Shown here one piece after another: positions 28,156 through 38,980 of a stretch of 49,942 bases of DNA. A program made the position numbers and the translations under genes. The notes beneath the pieces were generated by a model. It was given only the letters and a program-made list of their open reading frames with translations. It did not search any database and had not been told where the DNA came from. The stretch is from Archangiaceae bacterium (GTDB taxonomy: Bacteria; Myxococcota; Myxococcia; Myxococcales; Myxococcaceae), in NCBI GenBank assembly GCA_043750125.1, contig JAYVCD010000314.1, forward strand, positions 1 through 49,942, read 5' to 3'. Each line of letters starts with the position of its first letter. Positions within the stretch are counted from its first letter, which is position 1.

Positions 28156-29420
28156 GCCGGGGAAGCCTTGCGCTTCTTCGGGTGGGTGCGGGCGTGACGA
28201 CCGAGCGGCTTTCCCTCGGGGCGAATCGGCAGCGACTGACGCGGCCCCGGGTCCGACTGGCGTGCCTTTTCGGCGGCGATCGCTTCCTTGAAGACCCGGG
28301 TGTCGCGAGGCACCTCGGCTCGGGGTACGGGAGAACGGGTGAGCTTTTCGATCGCTTCGAGCATGGGCGTCTCTTCAGGCGCCGCAAAAGACGAAGCGCG
28401 GCCACTGGCCGAGGCGCGCGCGGTGCGCCCCACCCGGTGCACGTAGTCCTCGGGAACCTGGGGCAGGTCGTAATTCACGACGTGTCCGATGTTGGCGACA
28501 TCGATGCCACGGGCGGCGATGTCGGTGGCGATCAACACCCGGAACCGTCCGGCCCGAAACCCCTCGAGGGCGAACTTGCGCTGGGCCTGGGTCCGGTCGG
28601 CGTGAATCCGTTCGACCCGATGGTCGGCGCGCAACAGGGCCTTGGTGAGCTTGTCGGCTTTTCGTCGGGTGCGGGTGAAGACCAGGGTGCTCTCTTCGCC
28701 TTCTGACAACAGCGTGAGCAACAGGGCCGTTTTCTCGTGCTGCTCGATTTCGAACAGCACCTGGGCCGCGCGCGCGGCAGTGGTCCCGCTGGGCGCAAGC
28801 TCGACCCGCGCCGGCTGGTGGAGCGCGAGCGTGGCGAAGGCCTCGACCTCGGCGCCGATTGTCGCGGAGAACAGCAGCGTCTGTCGCTTCTTCGGAAGCT
28901 TGGCGAGGATTCTCGTCAGCTGGGGCTTGAAGCCCATGTCCAGCATCCGATCTGCTTCGTCCAGCACGAGCACTTCGACAGCCGCGAGCGAGAGCGTGCC
29001 TTGCTGAAGGTGGTCGACCAGGCGGCCGGGGGTGGCGACGAGGAAGTTTGCTTTGCGCAACTCTTGCACCTGCACCGCATTGTCCTCGCCGCCGACCAGA
29101 GTCGCGACCGACAGCCCTCGGGCTCCGGCGAAGCGCTGGGCGTGGCGTGTGATCTGCACTGCCAGCTCTCGAGTCGGCGCGAGAACGAGCGCAACAATGC
29201 CTGTTTTGCCGTGCAGACGATCGACGATCGGCAGCACGAAAGCAGCGGTCTTCCCCGTGCCCGTCGCGGCGCAGGCAATCAGGTCCCTGCCTGCCAACGC
29301 GTGGGGAATGGCCTGCTGTTGGACGGGGGTCGGATGCGTGTAGCCGGCCCGCTCGAGCGCGTGAAGACTCGCCGGGGACAAGCCGAGCGCGTCGAATTCC
29401 AATGAAGGTTGAGCCATCAC
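28152..29420 (-). CDS. DEAD-box RNA helicase (RhlE-like)
   Basis: Q motif PTPVQ, TGTGKT, PTRELA, TPGRL, DEAD, SAT, ARGID, HRVGRTAR. Confidence 0.95.
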   Translation of the reverse strand: MMAQPSLEFDALGLSPASLHALERAGYTHPTPVQQQAIPHALAGRDLIACAATGTGKTAAFVLPIVDRLHGKTGIVALVLAPTRELAVQITRHAQRFAGARGLSVATLVGGEDNAVQVQELRKANFLVATPGRLVDHLQQGTLSLAAVEVLVLDEADRMLDMGFKPQLTRILAKLPKKRQTLLFSATIGAEVEAFATLALHQPARVELAPSGTTAARAAQVLFEIEQHEKTALLLTLLSEGEESTLVFTRTRRKADKLTKALLRADHRVERIHADRTQAQRKFALEGFRAGRFRVLIATDIAARGIDVANIGHVVNYDLPQVPEDYVHRVGRTARASASGRASSFAAPEETPMLEAIEKLTRSPVPRAEVPRDTRVFKEAIAAEKARQSDPGPRQSLPIRPEGKPLGRHARTHPKKRKASPA

Positions 29421-29482
29421 CCCCCCTTACCCCCAAAGGGGCCAGCTTGGCGGGCCCACAGACCCGGCGTTAAATTAGAGAC

Positions 29483-29875
29483 ATGAAACGCATCTTCCGC
29501 CCGCAGCCGCTTCTGGGCGCCGCGATGGCAGTCGCCGCGGTCTTCTGGATCTCGATCCTTGCGTTTCTGGTCGTCAACCCCACCGTGCCGTTGAAGACCT
29601 TCGCGTCGACCGCCTTCTTCGTGATCCTCTTTGTGGCCAGCGTCTTTTATTACGTGCGGACTGCGATCCTGGTCGATGGGGAAGGCATCACCTATCGGGG
29701 CATGGTGCGGGAAGTCCGGTTGAGCTTCGACCAGATTCAGCGGCTCGCGGTTTTGCCGGGGTTGATCACGCTGTATACGGTTCACGCGGGCCGCCAGACC
29801 TTCTCGTTCAGCAGCTTTTTCCAGCGCCATAAGGAACTGGTCGAGCTTTTGCGGGACCGGGCCGCCCTGCGCTGA
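29483..29875 (+). CDS. small membrane protein with a bacterial PH-like domain
   Basis: Two TM helices followed by VDGEGITYRG...LSFDQI. Confidence 0.7.
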   Translation: MKRIFRPQPLLGAAMAVAAVFWISILAFLVVNPTVPLKTFASTAFFVILFVASVFYYVRTAILVDGEGITYRGMVREVRLSFDQIQRLAVLPGLITLYTVHAGRQTFSFSSFFQRHKELVELLRDRAALR

Positions 29876-29918
29876 AATTCCTGCAGCGCTCAAGCGTCTG
29901 GAGTAGGTCCCACGTTGC

Positions 29919-29948
29919 TTGACCGAATCATGCGGGGCCCCCTATAGG
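29919..29948 (+). promoter_or_regulatory. putative sigma-70-type promoter of the skp-lpx operon
   Basis: TTGACC-N18-TATAGG, about 45 nt upstream of the skp ATG. Confidence 0.5.
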
Positions 29949-29991
29949 TCCCGCGCACTTTTCTTTAAGCCAGACGTCTGGAGTTCAAACC

Positions 29992-30600
29992 ATGAGCAGG
30001 CCTTTCCTCTTCGTCCTCACCGCCGCCGTTACCCTTTCGGCGGTCGCACACGCAGACATCAAGCTGGGCTACGTCGACCTTCAGCGCGCACTGCAGGAAG
30101 TGGCCGAAGGTAAGGACGCCCGTGCCCGCTTGAAGACGGACCTCGATAAGAAGAAGGCGGAGTTCGAGAGCGAGCAGGCCAAGCTGCGCGACGACAAGGC
30201 CGTGCTCGACAAGCAGGGCAGCATGATGAGCGAAGAGGTGCGCAACCAGAAGTTCACCGAGTTGCAGAAGCGTTTGTTCGAGTTGACCCAGCGCGCCGAG
30301 AAACTTCAGGCCGAGATGGCTCAGTCCGAGCAGCGAGAGCTGAAGAAGATCTTCGAGAAGATGGACCCGATCATCGCCTCGATCGCGGTGCGCGAAGGGC
30401 TGACGATGGTGTTCGAGAAGACCGATTCGGGCCTGGTCTACGCGCCGGCCAGCCTCGATGTGACCAACGAGCTCGTCCGCACCTACAACGACAAGTACAA
30501 GCTCGTTCCCGGTGCCGCGCAGAAGAAGGAAGTGACGGTCGCTCCCAAGAAAGACCCCGTCGCTCCGGCGCCCGTCGCTGCACCTGCGCCGAAGAAGTGA
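29992..30600 (+). CDS. skp: OmpH/Skp periplasmic chaperone
   Basis: Signal peptide, KLGYVDLQRAL, coiled coil, DVTNELVR; located directly before lpxD. Confidence 0.9.
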   Translation: MSRPFLFVLTAAVTLSAVAHADIKLGYVDLQRALQEVAEGKDARARLKTDLDKKKAEFESEQAKLRDDKAVLDKQGSMMSEEVRNQKFTELQKRLFELTQRAEKLQAEMAQSEQRELKKIFEKMDPIIASIAVREGLTMVFEKTDSGLVYAPASLDVTNELVRTYNDKYKLVPGAAQKKEVTVAPKKDPVAPAPVAAPAPKK

Positions 30601-31637
30601 AGCGGCTGGGCGAGCTCGCCGCGCTGGTTGGCGGGCAAGTCGAAGGGAACGCTGCGCTGGAAATCGACGGCGTGGCCGGGTTGGAGGAAGCCCAGCCCGG
30701 GCAGCTCTCGTTCTACGGCAACACCCGGTACAAGAAGGCGCTGGCCCGGACCCGGGCCTCGGCGGTGCTGGTCGGGGCAGAGGCTCCGTCGGTTGCCGCG
30801 GGCCTGAGCGTCGTGCGGGTCGAAAATCCGCACCTGGCCTTCGCTCAGATTTCTGCAATCTTCCACCCGCGGCGGGTCTTTGCTGGGGGACTTTCGGAAC
30901 GGGCATTCATCCACCCCGAGGCCGAGGTTCACCCCGAGGCGAGGGTGATGCCGTTTGCCGTCGTCGAGCAAGGCGCACGCATCGGGGCCCGAGCGGTGCT
31001 GCACTCGGGCGTGTTCATCGGGCAGAATGCCGAGGTCGGCGACGATTCGGTGCTGCACCCGAACGTCACCGTCTACGACCACTGCATTGTCGGCCGCCGG
31101 TGCATTCTTCACGCAGGGGCGGTGGTGGGGTCGGACGGCTTTGGGTTCGCGTTCAATTCGAGGGTGCCAGAGCACGTCAAGATTCCGCAGGCAGGGATCG
31201 CTCGGCTCGAAGACGACGTAGAGCTGGGGGCGTGCAGCTGCATCGACCGGGCGACGTTGGGCCAGACGTTGATTGGACATGGGTCGAAGATCGACAACCT
31301 CGTCCAGGTCGCACACAACGTCACCGTCGGGCCGTTGAGTCTGGTGTGCGCCCAGGCGGGCATTTCCGGCTCGACCACCCTCGGAAAGGGCGTGGTCCTC
31401 GGGGGCCAGGCGGGGATTGCAGGCCACTTGAAGATTGGCGACCTGGCTCAGATTGGTGCCCAGGCGGGCGTTCCCCGGGACGTAGAGGCAGGAGCCCATT
31501 TGATGGGAACTCCAACGATGGCCGTCCTGGGCTGGTATCGGTCTTCGAATGCATTTGAAAAATTACCCGAGATGGCCCGAGAGCTCCGAGCGCTGCGCAA
31601 GCGAATCGAGCAGCTCGAGGCAGAGAAAACAAAATGA
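30597..31637 (+). CDS. lpxD: UDP-3-O-acylglucosamine N-acyltransferase
   Basis: Hexapeptide repeats, GSDGFGF, KIPQAG, IDRAT, KIDNLVQVAHNV. Confidence 0.96.
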   Translation: MKRLGELAALVGGQVEGNAALEIDGVAGLEEAQPGQLSFYGNTRYKKALARTRASAVLVGAEAPSVAAGLSVVRVENPHLAFAQISAIFHPRRVFAGGLSERAFIHPEAEVHPEARVMPFAVVEQGARIGARAVLHSGVFIGQNAEVGDDSVLHPNVTVYDHCIVGRRCILHAGAVVGSDGFGFAFNSRVPEHVKIPQAGIARLEDDVELGACSCIDRATLGQTLIGHGSKIDNLVQVAHNVTVGPLSLVCAQAGISGSTTLGKGVVLGGQAGIAGHLKIGDLAQIGAQAGVPRDVEAGAHLMGTPTMAVLGWYRSSNAFEKLPEMARELRALRKRIEQLEAEKTK

Positions 31638-32098
31638 ATGAAGTGCTCAAGCCCGTGATGGACATCATGGAAATTCAGAAGCTGCTGCCGCACCGATACC
31701 CCTTCTTGTTGGTCGACCGGGTGACCGAGTGCGTGCCCGAGCACCGGTTGGTCGCGTACAAGAATGTCTCGGTCAACGAGCCCTTCTTTCAGGGTCACTT
31801 TCCCGGCCACCCGGTGATGCCTGGGGTGTTGATTCTCGAGTGCATGGCCCAGGCGTGCGCGTTGCTCGGCTACACCAGCGGCGGGATCAGCCCCACCACC
31901 CACGTCACGTACCTGATGAGCATCGATGGCGCGAAGTTTCGCCGGCCGGTCGTGCCGGGCGACAAGCTCGAGCTGACGATCGAGGTCGTTCGCCACAAGG
32001 GGATGGTGTGGAAGACCCGCGGCACTGCCACCGTCGAAGGGAAGCTGGCGGCCCAGGCTGAGTTTCTGGCCACCGTCGTCGAGCTCGGGAAGGTTTGA
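31634..32098 (+). CDS. fabZ: 3-hydroxyacyl-ACP dehydratase
   Basis: LPHRYPFLLVDRV, GHFPGHPVMPGVLILECMAQ. Confidence 0.97.
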   Translation: MNEVLKPVMDIMEIQKLLPHRYPFLLVDRVTECVPEHRLVAYKNVSVNEPFFQGHFPGHPVMPGVLILECMAQACALLGYTSGGISPTTHVTYLMSIDGAKFRRPVVPGDKLELTIEVVRHKGMVWKTRGTATVEGKLAAQAEFLATVVELGKV

Positions 32099-32874
32099 CC
32101 GTGGCGATCCACCCGACCGCAATTGTCGATGGCCAGGCGCAGCTTCACCCCTCGGTGGAAGTCGGCCCGTACGTGGTGATCGGCCCGAAGGTGAAGATCG
32201 ATGAAGGGACCTCGGTGGGTCCGCACGCGGTGATCGTCGGCGATACGACGATCGGCAAACGGAACAAAATTTTCCAGTTTGCGTCGGTGGGGGCCGAGCC
32301 GCAGGACCTCAAGTACGCCGGCGAAGAAACCCAGCTTCAGATTGGCGATGAGAACCTGATTCGCGAGTTCGCCACCTTGCACAAAGGCACTGCGGGCGGA
32401 GGGGGCGTCACTCGAATCGGAAACAAGAACCTGTTCATGGCGTACAGCCACGTCGCGCACGACTGCCGGGTCGGCAACGGCTGCGTGCTGGCCAACAGTG
32501 TCGCGTTGGCAGGCCACGTCGAAGTGGGTGATTTCGTGGTGCTGGGGGGGCTGTCGGGAATCCACCAGTTCACCCGCATCGGCAAGCACGCCTTCATCGC
32601 CGCCGGAGCGGTGGTGGTGATGGACGTGCCGCCCTACTGCACAGCGCAGGGCGACCGCGCCGAGTTGGCCGGGTTGAACTCGGTAGGTCTGACCCGACAC
32701 GGGTATTCCGAAGACCAGATTCAGCGGATCAAAGAGTCGTACCAGCTGTTGTTTCGAAGCAAGCTTGGGCTGAACGAAGCCTTGTCGCGGATCACGGCCG
32801 AGTACGGGGCGCACCCTGAGATTGCGTTCTTTCTCGACTTCGTCAGCAGCAGCAAACGCGGGCTGACCCGGTGA
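32095..32874 (+). CDS. lpxA: UDP-N-acetylglucosamine O-acyltransferase
   Basis: IHPTAIV, PQDLKY, HVAHDC, LAGHV, HQF. GTG 32101 is an alternative start. Confidence 0.97.
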   Translation: MTVAIHPTAIVDGQAQLHPSVEVGPYVVIGPKVKIDEGTSVGPHAVIVGDTTIGKRNKIFQFASVGAEPQDLKYAGEETQLQIGDENLIREFATLHKGTAGGGGVTRIGNKNLFMAYSHVAHDCRVGNGCVLANSVALAGHVEVGDFVVLGGLSGIHQFTRIGKHAFIAAGAVVVMDVPPYCTAQGDRAELAGLNSVGLTRHGYSEDQIQRIKESYQLLFRSKLGLNEALSRITAEYGAHPEIAFFLDFVSSSKRGLTR

Positions 32875-33689
32875 CCTCGGGCGAGCCTCTGGGGTTGATT
32901 GCCGGCAGCGGGCGATTGCCGATGTTGTTCGCCGGCGCGGCGCGGGCGGCCGGGCATTCAGTGCACGCGGTCGCGCACTTAGGAGAGACGGACGCGGGGC
33001 TGTCGACCCAGGTCGATTCGCTGGCGTGGATTCGGGTGGGACAAATCGACGCGATCGTCAGCGAGTTCCACAGCCGCAAGGTGGTCCGCGCGGTGATGGC
33101 GGGAGGCATCGGCCGAGCGCGTTCGCTGACGAAGGCACGGCCAGACCGCGGAATGATGCGCATCGCCGCTTCACTTCGCTCACTGCGCGACGATGAATTC
33201 CTACGGGCGATCGCCGCTTACTTCGAGAAGCACGGCATTTCGATCGTCGCCGCCACCGACTACGTCCAGCAGGTGATCGCAATTGAAGGGCACCTGGCCG
33301 GGCCCCCCCTGACCCTCGCGCAAGAGGCCGACGTGGCCCTGGGGCGGGAAGTAGCCGGAGCGCTGGGCCGCGCCGACGTGGGGCAGACGGTGGTGGTGAA
33401 GGACAAAGTGGTGCTCGCCGTGGAAGCGGTGGAAGGCACCGATGAAGCGATTCGTCGCGCCGGGCGGCTGGGCGGGCCGGGGGCGGTGGTGGTCAAGCGC
33501 GCCAAGCCCGGTCAAGACCTGCGCTTTGACCTGCCTGCGGCCGGCCCGGTGACGCTCGAGGTGATGCGAGAGTCAGGGGCGAAAGTGCTCGCCGTCGAAG
33601 CGGGGAAGACGGTTCTGGTCGACGGCGCCCTGCTGTTCAAGTGGGCGTCGAAGTTGGGCATCTGCGTCGTGGGCATCCGGGTGGAGTAA
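32871..33689 (+). CDS. lpxI: UDP-2,3-diacylglucosamine diphosphatase
   Basis: GLIAGSGRLP, DVGQTVVV, AVEAVEGTD, KPGQDLRFDLP. Confidence 0.93.
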   Translation: MTSGEPLGLIAGSGRLPMLFAGAARAAGHSVHAVAHLGETDAGLSTQVDSLAWIRVGQIDAIVSEFHSRKVVRAVMAGGIGRARSLTKARPDRGMMRIAASLRSLRDDEFLRAIAAYFEKHGISIVAATDYVQQVIAIEGHLAGPPLTLAQEADVALGREVAGALGRADVGQTVVVKDKVVLAVEAVEGTDEAIRRAGRLGGPGAVVVKRAKPGQDLRFDLPAAGPVTLEVMRESGAKVLAVEAGKTVLVDGALLFKWASKLGICVVGIRVE

Positions 33690-33704
33690 GAAGCCTTTCG
33701 TCCC

Positions 33705-34064
33705 ATGGCCGCCTCTGCTCCGTTCTTGAATCGTGAACTGAATGGGCAGCTGCTGCTCGAAGAATTGGCAGATCTTCGAGCGGCGCAGGTGCAGCAAAAA
33801 CACCTCAATGACTGCGTGGCGAATCTGCGCACGCTCGGGGGGAGGCGGGTTTCTGAGGCCGCGCAGCAGCTCAAGGCGCTGGCCTCGGGTCGCTTTGCCG
33901 GGCAGCCGGCGCTGGCTTCGTTGCTGGTGCGGTGGTCGGCGAGGCTGAAGACCGAGTTCGATGTTTCGCTGCTGGTCGGGCACCTCGAACGCCTGGCGCT
34001 GACTGCGGCGGTGGTGGCCGCCCTGCGTCGGGGCTCAGATCGGCTGCCCAAAGGCTCGCGATGA
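33705..34064 (+). CDS. small helical hypothetical protein
   Basis: Co-directional with the lpx genes; ATGA overlap with the next ORF. Confidence 0.55.
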   Translation: MAASAPFLNRELNGQLLLEELADLRAAQVQQKHLNDCVANLRTLGGRRVSEAAQQLKALASGRFAGQPALASLLVRWSARLKTEFDVSLLVGHLERLALTAAVVAALRRGSDRLPKGSR

Positions 34065-34975
34065 GCGGCTGGGATGCATTGAGTGAGGACGCACTCGAGA
34101 AGCTCAGTACATGGCCTGCGAAGTCCCGCGCCTTGTTCAATGAGCTGGTGGAGGACGCTCCCAGCGAGATGCAGCGTGAGCTGTTGCAGCGCGCGGTTGC
34201 CGCAGGACATTCTCCTGCTGAAATTCACGCCTTCGCAGATGAGCTTCGGGTGCTCGAAGACGATGAAGCGTTCGAGGCATGCACGCTCGATGCGCACGCT
34301 CCTGAAGGCTTCAGCGTGGTGCAGCGGCTGCGCGCCGAGGCAGATCCGCTCTATGCCTACGAGCTGAAGGGCCACTGTCTTTCGCCCGCTGACGAAAGAC
34401 AAGAGCCCTTGCCTGCCGTCGCGCGGGCGTCGGGGCTGCGTTCGACCTTCGACACCGGGCCGGAACCGTCGGCGGCCAAGGGCCGGGCGCTGGGGCCCGA
34501 GCGCGTCAACTTCAATGAGCTGGGACAGAGCGTCGATGCGACCCCCCGGGCCCGACCTGTCGCAGGCCCGGCCCCGAAGGCCAGTGCGGTTCTGGTGGGC
34601 CACAAGCTGATGGAAGATCTGCTCAACGAGTCGGCCCGCGGGCTCGGGGTGACCTATCGAGAGCAGGACGTGGATGACGCGCTGCTGAGCCTCGAGGCGG
34701 CACTGAGCTCGGCGGCCACGGCGGTGGGGCGGGGAATTCCTGTTCCAATTGCCCTGGGCCCGGCGCTCGTGCAGCATCGGCGGCTGGCCGTGATGCTTCA
34801 GACCTCTACTTCCAACGGGAAGCGCGCCTGGCAAATCTACGACCCGTTTTCGGGCGAGCTGTATTGGGTCAGCGAAGGAGACCTGCTCGCGCGCACCGAG
34901 CTGCCCTTTTCGATCAAGACCAACCGGCGGATTACGCGCATCGCCCTACCGGCCGTCAGCGCCAGCGCCCTATGA
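34061..34975 (+). CDS. hypothetical protein with a papain/C39-like C-terminal pattern
   Basis: ATGA overlaps at both ends; GIPVPI ... QIYDPFSGELYWVS. Confidence 0.65.
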   Translation: MSGWDALSEDALEKLSTWPAKSRALFNELVEDAPSEMQRELLQRAVAAGHSPAEIHAFADELRVLEDDEAFEACTLDAHAPEGFSVVQRLRAEADPLYAYELKGHCLSPADERQEPLPAVARASGLRSTFDTGPEPSAAKGRALGPERVNFNELGQSVDATPRARPVAGPAPKASAVLVGHKLMEDLLNESARGLGVTYREQDVDDALLSLEAALSSAATAVGRGIPVPIALGPALVQHRRLAVMLQTSTSNGKRAWQIYDPFSGELYWVSEGDLLARTELPFSIKTNRRITRIALPAVSASAL

Positions 34976-36000
34976 GGAAGAAAATGGTCCGCGTCAGTCT
35001 TCTTGCGGTGCTCTGTGCGTCGACCGGATCCTGGGCCGATGCGGTCGACCTCTCGGTCACGTCGGTCGCGGTGCTGGGCAAAGGTCAGCCCTCGGTGAAC
35101 GTCCACATTCAAGAACCGATTGCCGGCTTCAAGTTGAACCTCAAGCGCAGCGACGGAAAGGACATCGAGGTCAAAGGGGGCGGCAAAGTCGGCCAGACCC
35201 GGGTGCTCTACCTCAACCCGCCAGAAGGAAAGTTCAGCTACGTCGGGGCGCTGAGTGTGAATTTTTCCAATGGCACAACCGCGCAGATGCCGCTGCAGTT
35301 CGAGGCTGAAATGTGGGGCCCGCTGCAGATGAAATGCGAGAAGGCCGACGTCGACTTCGTACATCGGAAGGTGAAGTTCACGTTGTCCCGACCGGCCGCC
35401 AAGGCGGTGGTTTCCGTGCTGATGGATACGGGGAAATACGCGTTCAAAGGAGAGGTCCCGTTCAACGCCGAGCCCGCCAACACTTCGCTGGAAATCACCT
35501 GGCCACAGTCGCCGGGGAAGGTGATGAAGGTTTCGATTCAGGCCTACGACACCACGTCGTTTTTCACCGGGGTCGAATTTTCCCCCTGGCAAATTGACAT
35601 TGCCCACCAGGAAGTCAGCTTCGCCTCAGGCAAATGGGAGGTGAGCAGCGAAGAGGCCCAGAAGCTCGAACAGAGCTACGTGAGCATCACCGACGTGGTG
35701 AACAAGTATGGCCAATACGCAGAGGTGAAGCTCTACGTCGTGGGGCACACCGACACGGTCGGGAAAAACCAGGCGAATCGGACTTTGAGTCTCAATCGCG
35801 CCCGCGCGATCGCCGGCTACCTGCGCAATCGGGGGCTGAAGATTCCCATTTTCTACGAAGGGTATGGCGAAGAGGCGCTACGGGTGGCCACGGCAGACGA
35901 GGAAGACGAGCCGCAGAATCGTCGCGCCGACTATGTGATGTCGATCAACGCTCCGACGCTCACCCAGGCGCCGTTCGAGCCGAAGTGGCAGCGGCTGTAA
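34972..36000 (+). CDS. OmpA-family peptidoglycan-binding protein
   Basis: Signal peptide; GHTDTVG...NRTLSLNRARAI...GYGE...NRRA. Confidence 0.88.
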   Translation: MRKKMVRVSLLAVLCASTGSWADAVDLSVTSVAVLGKGQPSVNVHIQEPIAGFKLNLKRSDGKDIEVKGGGKVGQTRVLYLNPPEGKFSYVGALSVNFSNGTTAQMPLQFEAEMWGPLQMKCEKADVDFVHRKVKFTLSRPAAKAVVSVLMDTGKYAFKGEVPFNAEPANTSLEITWPQSPGKVMKVSIQAYDTTSFFTGVEFSPWQIDIAHQEVSFASGKWEVSSEEAQKLEQSYVSITDVVNKYGQYAEVKLYVVGHTDTVGKNQANRTLSLNRARAIAGYLRNRGLKIPIFYEGYGEEALRVATADEEDEPQNRRADYVMSINAPTLTQAPFEPKWQRL

Positions 36001-36151
36001 GCACCAACAGGTTTGACAGCGCGTCTTGGGCCTGGCCGCTGTGAACGGGTGATTGTGAACTGTTGTTTACAGACGGAGAGCATCTGACCGGCCAAAGGTT
36101 CAGAAACGCATTGGCTGCGCGTGAGCCCGAATGTTGCTGGGGAAGAGGTCC

Positions 36152-36991
36152 ATGCGTTCTGTGACCACTCCGTTATTCCCGGCACAGATTGAAGGTGCGG
36201 TGACTTTGCAGGCGCTGATCGACGCGCGCGAAGGGAACCGGCTGCCGCTCGAGCTTGCGATGTATCTGTCGGGCGAGCTGAGCCGGCAGGTGACTCAACT
36301 TCAAGCGCTGGGCAGAGCAGGCTCGCTGGATCCCAACCGGGTGTGGTGTACGAGCAAGGGCGCCGTGGTGGTGCACGAGTCGGCCCCGGGAGAAGCCCAC
36401 GGGCTCGGGCCGTTGATCTACCGTCTGCTCTCAGGGTCGGGCGAGGTGAGTGCCTGGCCGCCGAGCTATTTCAACCCTTCGGTGGCCGAGGCGGTCGATG
36501 TCGCGGTGATGTCGGCGGTGAACACCGCAAACCCGCAAGACACCCAAGCGATGCTCGAGGTGCTCAATGCCGCGGCGATCGGGCTGGATCAAGAAGCGTC
36601 GATCACGGGAATGGCGCGCCTGGTTTTTGCCGTGTCGGATGATTCGAAGTCGGTTCCGGCCCCACTGCCCGCGCTTGTGGTGGCCCGCTCTTCTGCCGAG
36701 CAGGAAGTCGACCGGGCTGTGAGCTGGCCCCAACGGGCGCGAGCCTGGGGGACCCCCCGTCGATTCGCGTTCGTCGGCGGGGCGGGGTTGGTGCTGATCG
36801 CCGCAATGATTGCGCTGGCTGTCGGGGGCCGAACCCGGGTTGAAGTCACCCGGGTGGAACAGCCGGTGAAAGAGCAGGCAGTGGCGATTGCGGCCGAGAG
36901 TCCCAGCGAAGTCAGCCAGCCCAAGAAGCAGCTCAAGATGGCGATCGCAAAAGCCCCGGCGAGCAAGAAGGGCCGGGGGAAGGCGAAGTAG
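36152..36991 (+). CDS. membrane-anchored degenerate kinase-like (pseudokinase) protein
   Basis: Kinase C-lobe-like spacing (EGAVTLQALI, LPLELAMY, LDPNRVW, LGPLIYRLLSG, PPSYFNPSV) without HRD or DFG; TM helix near the C-terminus. Confidence 0.6.
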   Translation: MRSVTTPLFPAQIEGAVTLQALIDAREGNRLPLELAMYLSGELSRQVTQLQALGRAGSLDPNRVWCTSKGAVVVHESAPGEAHGLGPLIYRLLSGSGEVSAWPPSYFNPSVAEAVDVAVMSAVNTANPQDTQAMLEVLNAAAIGLDQEASITGMARLVFAVSDDSKSVPAPLPALVVARSSAEQEVDRAVSWPQRARAWGTPRRFAFVGGAGLVLIAAMIALAVGGRTRVEVTRVEQPVKEQAVAIAAESPSEVSQPKKQLKMAIAKAPASKKGRGKAK

Positions 36992-38887
<1,896 letters not shown>

Positions 38888-38980
38888 AGCGGGCGAAGAC
38901 TACCCTTCCGGGGCCGAGGTCGGATCTATTTGGCGTTTTGGTCTCAAGGGCAGTCGCTTCGAAGCTACAAAGCCGGCTGT

